This document shows positions 58,073 through 64,000 of a stretch of DNA of 64,000 bases, piece by piece. A program made the translations under genes and the position numbers. The DNA lies in NCBI GenBank assembly GCA_036554525.1, contig DATBNC010000010.1:24669-88668 (forward strand), written 5' to 3'. This DNA is from Allosphingosinicella sp. (GTDB taxonomy: Bacteria; Pseudomonadota; Alphaproteobacteria; Sphingomonadales; Sphingomonadaceae). Numbering within the stretch: the stretch's first letter is position 1; each line of letters starts with the position of its first letter. The notes below the pieces were generated by a model that ran no database searches, was not told the origin of the DNA, and was given only the letters and a program-made list of their open reading frames with translations.

Positions 58073-58635
58073 GCCTCCAGCTCAATGTCCCAGTAGAGGT
58101 AATCCCGCCAGCTTTCATGCAGGTAGCCGGGCGGGAACTTGCGGCCGTTTTCCTGGAGCTGCCACGTCGTCGGGCGGTAGGGGCGGCGGAACAGGCCCAT
58201 ATGCGCTTGCGCCGGCGTGCGCCCACCCTTGCGCAGGTTGCACGGCGCGCAGGCGGTTGCGACATTTTCCCAGGTCGTGCGCCCGCCCTGCGCGCGCGGA
58301 ACGACGTGGTCGAAGGTCAGCTCGCGCGTGTCGCCGCAATATTGGCATTGGAAGCGATCGCGCAGGAACAGATTGAAGCGGGTGAAAGCCGGGTTCTCCG
58401 ACGGCTTCACATATTGGCGAAGCGCGATCACCGACGGGAGCTGAATCGTCCGCGTCGGGCTGTGCACTTCGCGGACATATTCGGCGACGATGTCCACCCG
58501 CTCAAGGAACACGGCCTTGACCGCCGTTTGCCACGGCCACAGGCTCAAGGGGTAATAAGAAAGCGGCGTATAGTCCGCGTTTAGAACAAGCGCGGGGCAA
58601 GCGTCGGGGTGCCGGATGAGATCGGGATGGTACAT
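58069..58635 (-). CDS. HNH endonuclease (McrA-like) protein
   Basis: 188 aa. ..RDRFQCQYCGDTRELTFDHVVPRAQGGRTTWENVATACAPCNLRKGG.. is a complete HNH motif. Its stop codon overlaps the stop of the convergent small HNH gene. Confidence 0.8.
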   Translation of the reverse strand: MYHPDLIRHPDACPALVLNADYTPLSYYPLSLWPWQTAVKAVFLERVDIVAEYVREVHSPTRTIQLPSVIALRQYVKPSENPAFTRFNLFLRDRFQCQYCGDTRELTFDHVVPRAQGGRTTWENVATACAPCNLRKGGRTPAQAHMGLFRRPYRPTTWQLQENGRKFPPGYLHESWRDYLYWDIELEA

Positions 58636-58803
58636 AGACGGCGAGCGGCCTCCACTTCCCTTGGGGAGGCATCTCCACGGCGTTCGGCCTGTCGCACCCA
58701 GGACGAAGGAGGAGCCTCCCTTGTCCAGCCCCTTCTCAGCCCGAGAAGTGACGTCGCTATGACAAGCATGGCGCGCGACTCTGCGTCAAGGGCGAGCTGA
58801 TTG

Positions 58804-59670
58804 ATGCAGGTCGTTTCCCGCTTTGCGCCGAGCCCGACCGGCCCGCTTCACCTCGGCCACGCTTACTCGGCGATGCTTGCGCATGATCATGCAAGAGAAC
58901 GCGGCGGCGCCTTTCTGCTCCGCATCGAAGACATCGATCCCGGGCGGAGACGCCCCGAGCATATCAACGGCATCATCGAGGACATGCTCTGGCTCGGCCT
59001 GCAATGGGACGGCGAGATCCTGTTTCAGTCGGAGCGTCTGCCGCTCTACGCGGAAGCCCTTCAGACGCTGCGTGCGCGCGACCTGATCTATCCCTGCTTC
59101 TGCACCCGCTCGGCAATTGCGGCGGAGATCGCGGCCAGCGCCTCCGCGCCACACGGGCCGGACGGGCCGCTTTACCCCGGCACCTGCCGCCACCTGCCGG
59201 ACGAGGAGCGAGCCCAGCGCGTGGCAAGCGAGCCTCACGCCTGGCGCCTCGACGTGGCCAAAGCTGCGGCGGAGGCCGGTCCGCTAAGCTGGTTCAACGG
59301 CGACACGGAGATCAGCGCCGAACCGCAGGCCTTCGGCGACGTCGTGCTTGCTCGCAAGGACGCACCGACCAGCTACCACCTCGCCGTCACAGTCGACGAC
59401 GCCGCGCAGGGCGTGACGGACGTGGTGCGGGGGCGGGACCTTTTCGCCGCAACCCACGTCCACCGCCTGCTCCAGGCGCTGCTCGATCTGCCGACGCGCG
59501 CCTACCACCACCACGCCCTCCTCACCGACGCCGAAGGCCGCCGCCTCGCCAAGCGCACCGGTGCGCCCGCCCTCGCCGATCTGCGCGCCGCCGGGACCAA
59601 CCCGGAGCAGCTCCTCCACGGCCTGCGTACGGGCCAATTGCCGGGTGGATATTCCGCCGCGGGCTCCTAG
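58804..59670 (+). CDS. gluQ: tRNA glutamyl-Q(34) synthetase (GluRS paralogue lacking the anticodon-binding domain)
   Basis: MQVVSRFAPSPTGPLHLGHAYSA.., ..LLRIEDID.., ..YPCFCTR..GPLYPGTCR.. (Zn cluster), ..SYHLAVTVDDAAQGVTDVVRGRDL.., ..RLAKR.. TTG 58801 is an alternative start. Confidence 0.88.
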   Translation: MQVVSRFAPSPTGPLHLGHAYSAMLAHDHARERGGAFLLRIEDIDPGRRRPEHINGIIEDMLWLGLQWDGEILFQSERLPLYAEALQTLRARDLIYPCFCTRSAIAAEIAASASAPHGPDGPLYPGTCRHLPDEERAQRVASEPHAWRLDVAKAAAEAGPLSWFNGDTEISAEPQAFGDVVLARKDAPTSYHLAVTVDDAAQGVTDVVRGRDLFAATHVHRLLQALLDLPTRAYHHHALLTDAEGRRLAKRTGAPALADLRAAGTNPEQLLHGLRTGQLPGGYSAAGS

Positions 59671-59679
59671 ATAGGGTTC

Positions 59680-59883
59680 ATGCCTACCTTTCTCTTCGTG
59701 TTGATCGTGATCGCCGCCGGCGCGACCTTGTTCGTTCTCGCCAAGGGCGTGATCGGCATGGCGCAGCAAAAGGATCTGAGCGGCGTCCGCTCGCAGCAGC
59801 TGATGCGCCAGCGCGTACTTTACCAGGCCATCGCTATCGTGCTCGTCGTGCTGTTCCTGCTGGTCGCAAGCAACAAGGGCTGA
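59680..59883 (+). CDS. Twin-transmembrane-helix small protein (HIG1-like)
   Basis: 67 aa, two TM helices separated by ..QQKDLSGVRSQQLMRQRVLYQ.., typical of the alphaproteobacterial HIG_1_N family. Confidence 0.7.
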   Translation: MPTFLFVLIVIAAGATLFVLAKGVIGMAQQKDLSGVRSQQLMRQRVLYQAIAIVLVVLFLLVASNKG

Positions 59884-59887
59884 GGCG

Positions 59888-60457
59888 CTGGTCCGGCTCA
59901 ACCAGATCTACACTCGCACGGGCGACGCCGGCACCACCGGCCTCGCCGACGGCTCCCGGATCCCGAAGTCCCACCCGCGCGCAGCTGCGATCGGCGATGT
60001 CGACGAAGCAAACAGCGCGCTCGGTATCGCCCTGCTCCACCTCGAGGGCGAGCAGGCGCGGATGGTGGCTGCGATCCAGAACGAATTGTTCGATCTCGGC
60101 GCCGATCTCGCCACCCCCGGCGAGGATTTCGCGCCGTCCGAAATGGCGCTTCGAATCGTTCAGCCGCAGATCGACCGCCTCGAGCGTGAGATCGACGCCA
60201 TGAACGAGGAGCTGGAGCCGCTGCGCAGCTTCATTCTACCGGGCGGTAGCCAGGCGGCCGCGCACCTCCACCTCGCCCGCGCCATCGTCCGCCGCGCCGA
60301 GCGTTCGGCGGTGGCGGCGAGCGCTGAAATGGTGCTCAATCCGCTCGCGCTCATCTACCTCAACCGCCTGTCCGACCATCTGTTCGTCCTTGCGCGCCTC
60401 GCCGCCAAGGCCGCGGGCGGCGACGTTCTCTGGCAGCCGGGCGCGACACGGGGTTAA
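59888..60457 (+). CDS. PduO-type ATP:cob(I)alamin adenosyltransferase (apparent CTG start)
   Basis: The frame reads (L/M)VRLNQIYTRTGDAGTTGLADGSRIPKSHPRAAAIGDVDEANSALG.. upstream of the first ATG (60062). The 189-aa length and N-terminus fit the family. No ATG/GTG/TTG lies in frame between the stop at 59801 and 60062. Confidence 0.8.
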   Translation: MVRLNQIYTRTGDAGTTGLADGSRIPKSHPRAAAIGDVDEANSALGIALLHLEGEQARMVAAIQNELFDLGADLATPGEDFAPSEMALRIVQPQIDRLEREIDAMNEELEPLRSFILPGGSQAAAHLHLARAIVRRAERSAVAASAEMVLNPLALIYLNRLSDHLFVLARLAAKAAGGDVLWQPGATRG

Positions 60458-60488
60458 CCTGGGTTATCGCTTGGCGTAGGGAGCGGGA

Positions 60489-61748
60489 ATGGCGACACAG
60501 GCGCAGCCCCGCACCGGCGGATCGATCGGCGAGCGGTTCCAAAGCGTGAGGGCGCTGAGCGCCGCCATCGCCGCGCCTTTGTCCGACGCCGACGCGACGC
60601 TTCAGCCCTGCCCGGACGCTTCTCCCGCCAAGTGGCACCTCGCCCATTCGAGCTGGTTCTTCGAAACCTTCGTTCTGCGCGATCACGTCGCAGGCTACAG
60701 CCTGTTCGACCCGCGCTGGTGCTTCTTGTTCAACTCTTATTACGAAGGCGAAGGTGAGCGCATCGCCCGCGAACGGCGCGGCATGCTGTCGCGGCCGACC
60801 TTGGACGAAGTGCGCACCTACCGCGCCCACGTCGACGCTGCCCTTCTCCAGGCCCTGCCGCGCCTCCCCGCCGAAGCGCTGGCGCTGGTCGAGCTCGGCC
60901 TCAATCACGAGCAGCAGCATCAGGAGCTGATGCTCACCGACATCCTCGCCGCTTTTGCCGAAAACCCGCTTCTCCCCGCGGTGTGGGACGTGACCCCCGA
61001 GCCGTCGCCGCCTGCCGGTGAAATCGGCGACGTCCGCTTCCCCGGCGGCGTTGCCGAGATCGGCCACAACGGCCCCGGCTTCGCCTTCGACTGCGAAGCG
61101 CCCCGCCACCGCGTGCTGGTGCACCCTTACGAGCTTGCCGACCGGCCGGTGACCAACGCCGAGTGGCTGCAATTCGTCGATGCGGGCGGCTACCGCACCG
61201 CCGCGCACTGGACTGCCGACGGCTGGGCTTGGGTGAAGGCGCAAAGCGTGGGAGCGCCGCTTTACTGGCGACGCGACGGCGACGGCTGGGCGCGCTTCGG
61301 CCTCGACGGCCTTCACCCGCTCGATCCGGCCGAGCCGGTCTGCCACATCAGCTGGTACGAAGCCGACGCCTTCGCCCGCTGGGCCCGGGCGCGGCTGCCC
61401 ACCGAAGCGGAATGGGAAATCGCGGCTTCCGCTTTCGATCCCGCAAGCGGCAACCAGCTCGACGCCGCCGGCCCCGTCCGCCCCCGCGCCGCCTTGGGCT
61501 CGGGCCTGCGCCAGATGTTCGGCGACGTCTGGGAATGGACGGCGAGCCCCTTCACCCCTTATCCCGGGTTCACGCCGGCCGAAGGCACCGTCGGCGAATA
61601 TAATGGCAAGTTCATGGTCAACCAGTTCGTGCTTCGCGGCGGAAGCTGCGCCACGCCGCGCGGGCACCTCCGGACCAGCTATCGCAACTTCTTCTACCCG
61701 CATCAGCGCTGGCAATTCTGCGGCCTTCGCCTGGCACGCGACATCTGA
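60489..61748 (+). CDS. egtB: Ergothioneine biosynthesis sulfoxide synthase EgtB
   Basis: DinB-like N-terminus (..KWHLAHSSWFFETFVL.. ..LNHEQQHQELMLTDI..) plus an FGE-sulfatase domain (..VTNAEWLQFVDAGGY.. ..GDVWEWT.. ..RGGSCATP..). Confidence 0.9.
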   Translation: MATQAQPRTGGSIGERFQSVRALSAAIAAPLSDADATLQPCPDASPAKWHLAHSSWFFETFVLRDHVAGYSLFDPRWCFLFNSYYEGEGERIARERRGMLSRPTLDEVRTYRAHVDAALLQALPRLPAEALALVELGLNHEQQHQELMLTDILAAFAENPLLPAVWDVTPEPSPPAGEIGDVRFPGGVAEIGHNGPGFAFDCEAPRHRVLVHPYELADRPVTNAEWLQFVDAGGYRTAAHWTADGWAWVKAQSVGAPLYWRRDGDGWARFGLDGLHPLDPAEPVCHISWYEADAFARWARARLPTEAEWEIAASAFDPASGNQLDAAGPVRPRAALGSGLRQMFGDVWEWTASPFTPYPGFTPAEGTVGEYNGKFMVNQFVLRGGSCATPRGHLRTSYRNFFYPHQRWQFCGLRLARDI

Positions 61749-62710
61749 TGGACGTGGCCGTCACCTTCCAGGCTGACCCCGCCTTCCGCCGCGACGTCCT
61801 CGCCGGCCTCGCCGCTCCCGTGCGTGCCATCCCCGCCCGCTGGCTCTACGATTTGCGCGGCTCCGAGCTGTTCGAGGAGATCACCCAGCTCCCCGAATAT
61901 TACCTCACTCGCGCCGACACCGCCGCGCTCCACGCGCACTGCCCCCGCGTCGCCGAGATCGTCGGCAAGGGCCGGGCGGTGGTCGAGTTCGGCTCCGGAT
62001 CGTCCGCCAAGACGCCGATCCTGCTGCGCTGCGTCGCCCCTTCGGCTTACCTGCCGATCGACATTTCGGGCGAGTTCCTGCGCGATTCGTCCGACGTGCT
62101 TCAGGCGGAGTTTCCAAACCTTCCGGTCCACCCGATCGAAGCCGACTTCATGCGCCCGCTGCGCCTGCCCGCGCCGTGGGACGAAGCGCCCAAGCTCGGC
62201 TTCTTCCCCGGCTCCACCATCGGCAACATGGTGCCGGCCACCGCCGTCGACCTGCTGCGCACCATGCGCGAGACGCTTGGAGTTGGCGCCTGGCTGCTGA
62301 TCGGGCTGGACCGGATTAAAGACCGGGACATCCTTCTCGCCGCTTATGACGACGCGGCCGGCACGACAGCCGCGTTCAACCTGAACCTGCTCCACCGCAT
62401 CAACCGCGAGCTCGGCGGCACCATCCCCATCGACGCCTTCCGCCACCGCGCCGTGTGGAACGACCGGCTATCGCGCATTGAAATGCACATCGAGGCGGTG
62501 CGCGACGTGGAATTTACCGTGGACGGCACCGCCTTCTCCATGCGCGCCGGCGAGACGATCCACTCCGAAAACAGCCACAAATACGGCGCGCGGGACGCCC
62601 GCCTTCTGCTCACCGCCGGCGGCTGGACGGTTGCCGAGGAATGGACCGACCCGGACGAGCAATTCTCCCTGCTCCTCGCCCGCGCGGACCCGGCCCGCTT
62701 CGCGCCCTAG
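61748..62710 (+). CDS. egtD: L-histidine N(alpha)-methyltransferase EgtD
   Basis: ..IPARWLYDLRGSELFEEITQLPEYYLTR.. ..VEFGSGSSAKT.. ..FFPGSTIGN.. ..NLNLLHRINRELGG.. ..ETIHSENSHKY.. Its ATG shares 1 nt with the egtB stop. Confidence 0.9.
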   Translation: MDVAVTFQADPAFRRDVLAGLAAPVRAIPARWLYDLRGSELFEEITQLPEYYLTRADTAALHAHCPRVAEIVGKGRAVVEFGSGSSAKTPILLRCVAPSAYLPIDISGEFLRDSSDVLQAEFPNLPVHPIEADFMRPLRLPAPWDEAPKLGFFPGSTIGNMVPATAVDLLRTMRETLGVGAWLLIGLDRIKDRDILLAAYDDAAGTTAAFNLNLLHRINRELGGTIPIDAFRHRAVWNDRLSRIEMHIEAVRDVEFTVDGTAFSMRAGETIHSENSHKYGARDARLLLTAGGWTVAEEWTDPDEQFSLLLARADPARFAP

Positions 62711-63729
62711 CGGCGGACTTCGGCCCGCCAGGTGGTGATATAATCCACGGAGCCCTGGCACTGGTCCATCTCGGCCTGTTCAACGAGGCGGAAGCGTGTC
62801 CCGTCCCAGGCATAGCTGCGCGTCTCGCCGCAATCGCCTAGGCCCCGGCCCTTCGAGAATGCACCGAGCAGGCGGTGCTCCGGGTTCCATTCGGCGTTAA
62901 CCAGCACCGGCTTCTTGTCGTCCCACCATTCCGGCGTGATGTCGAAAAGCATATAAGCCGCCTTCACCGTCTTGCCCTCAACAGTCAGCAGGTGGGGCAC
63001 GTAGCTGACATTGTAAGCGCCCGATCCGCAGCTCAGCATGAGGAGCGCCTTGCCCGGGCTGAGCTGGTAAATCTCCTCCTCGATCGGCCCGCCGACCTCG
63101 TCGATCCCGCAATTTGCCTTGAGCCGGATCGCCTTCAGCCGCGCGTCGCTGAGCCTCATCGGCGCGCCGCTTGGCGCGGGCGCCATTTGCACCACCGGCA
63201 AAGGCGGGGGCGGCGGCACCGCGGAGGCGGGGCGGGTGCCGGGGCGCATCAGTGCCGTGACGGTGCCGAGCCGCTTCTGCTGCTCGTCCATGTACAGCAA
63301 GGCCGCGCTTGACCCCGCTAAGGTCACGGTCCCGACCACCGCGCCGTCCGAGCCGAGCAGCTCGATCTTGTCCGCGCCGCGGATCACGGAAAGCAAGCCG
63401 CCCATGTCGTCGGCGGATGCCTGCAGCCCCTCATTGGCTTCGGTGAGGCGCACGGGAAGCGGCTGGCCGTACGCGCGCATCCCGGTCACCTTGGTGTCGT
63501 CCGTGGGAAAGAAGTGAAGCACCACCGGCGCATTGGCTTCGGGCCCACGCCGGACGCTCATCGTCACCGCGCCTTCCCAGCGCTCTTCCGGCACCAGGGC
63601 AACGGCGTGGCAGGCGCGGCCATTGTCGCAGCCCACCGCCCAATCGCCGAAGGCTTTGAGCTTGCCCGGCTGGGGCGCGGCGGCCGCGGCGGCGCCGAGG
63701 AGGAGGAGGGGGAGGGGGAGGAGTGCCAT
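62707..63729 (-). CDS. DUF1176 domain secreted protein
   Basis: ATG at 63729 (MALLPLPLLLLGAAAAAAP signal). ..FGDWAVGCDNGRACHAV.. ..CGSGAYN.. ..GLGDCGETRSYAWDG.. is the DUF1176 pattern. The upstream 73 codons of the track ORF are rejected. Confidence 0.75.
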   Translation of the reverse strand: MALLPLPLLLLGAAAAAAPQPGKLKAFGDWAVGCDNGRACHAVALVPEERWEGAVTMSVRRGPEANAPVVLHFFPTDDTKVTGMRAYGQPLPVRLTEANEGLQASADDMGGLLSVIRGADKIELLGSDGAVVGTVTLAGSSAALLYMDEQQKRLGTVTALMRPGTRPASAVPPPPPLPVVQMAPAPSGAPMRLSDARLKAIRLKANCGIDEVGGPIEEEIYQLSPGKALLMLSCGSGAYNVSYVPHLLTVEGKTVKAAYMLFDITPEWWDDKKPVLVNAEWNPEHRLLGAFSKGRGLGDCGETRSYAWDGTRFRLVEQAEMDQCQGSVDYITTWRAEVRR

Positions 63730-63834
63730 AAGGCTGGAGACTAACCCGAAAGCCCGCCCCCGCGCCAGAGCCCGGCATTGCCCCTCTCGCCGCCCTTGCC
63801 TACATGGACAACCAAGCTTTGCGGGGAATGAAAA

Positions 63835-64000
63835 ATGGTTCTGGCGCTGATCCAGGTCTTGATGCTGCTGCTCAACGTCGTGCGCTGGGTGATCATTGTC
63901 CAGTTCGTGCTGAGCCTGCTGCTCATCTTCAACGTGATCAACACGCATAACGATTTCGTCCGCTCGCTTTACGCCGCGCTCGAGAAGATCACCGAGCCGC
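63835..64000 (+). CDS. yggT: YggT family membrane protein (3' truncated by window edge)
   Basis: Not in the supplied track. ATG at 63835 opens MVLALIQVLMLLLNVVRWVIIVQFVLSLLLIFNVINTHNDFVRSLYAALEKITEP.., which runs off the window. Confidence 0.6.
   Translation, partial: MVLALIQVLMLLLNVVRWVIIVQFVLSLLLIFNVINTHNDFVRSLYAALEKITEP

Noticed and set aside
60360-61715. 451-aa ORF on the - strand
   Set aside because: It is antisense to egtB.
1-64000. Search for CRISPR arrays, tRNA/rRNA genes, IS elements, integrases and prophage or defence islands
   Set aside because: No regularly spaced direct repeats, no tRNA-like T-loop or acceptor pattern in any spacer, and no transposase, integrase or phage structural gene were recognised by eye. 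Intergenic spacers are mostly under 210 nt. A covariance-model scan (tRNAscan/Infernal) is still needed for certainty.

Overview
Very GC-rich DNA with dense, mostly housekeeping genes, many joined by 1-4 nt stop/start overlaps. Gene content points to an alphaproteobacterial chromosome, probably Sphingomonadales; this is inference, since no search was possible.

I support about 66 protein-coding genes:
- Left third: feoB (5' truncated), ssb, a CBP3-like/YceD pair facing bamE, maeB, mutS, glnD, a TonB-dependent receptor, infC, thrS, and a YjgN(DUF898)-M48 peptidase-hydrolase-TPR cluster.
- Middle: gloA-gloB, an acyl-CoA ligase, ggt, pyrD, a complete rrf2-sufB-orf-sufC-sufD-sufS-sufT-sufA operon, an S8 protease with an outer-membrane barrel, dapD, a TlpA-like redoxin, galU and a CorA/ZntB transporter.
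- Right third: ribE-ribBA-ribH, a DinG-like helicase, a SixA-like phosphatase, rplT-rpmI, an SDR, prs, a membrane LytTR protein, gltX, tonB, ribD, a COQ9-like protein, a DMT transporter, two convergent HNH genes, gluQ, a HIG1-like micro-protein, a PduO-type adenosyltransferase, egtB-egtD, a DUF1176 protein and a 3'-truncated yggT.

I saw no rRNA, tRNA, CRISPR array, IS element, integrase or prophage.

I did not find a clear novel multi-gene system. The most unusual signal is at the DNA level: two families of nested-palindrome (REP/MITE-like) elements.
- One family has a CGAGCGWAGTCGAG core. It lies in frame inside sufC and again in the sufT-sufA spacer.
- The other is built from CCCCTCCCCT..AGGGGAGGGG hairpins. 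One copy forms the 3' tail and stop codon of sufD plus the sufS ribosome-binding site. It recurs at two convergent-gene junctions.

Other points worth a second look:
- A compositionally atypical membrane ORF between sufB and sufC.
- An adenosyltransferase gene with no canonical start codon.
- A RibB fusion whose GTP-cyclohydrolase-II-like domain lacks the zinc cysteines.
- A tail-to-tail HNH pair with overlapping stop codons.
- A minimal egtB-egtD cluster.
- An AT-rich palindromic operator candidate upstream of tonB.

All coordinates were hand-indexed from the printed sequence. Homology calls come from motif recognition by eye, not from searches.
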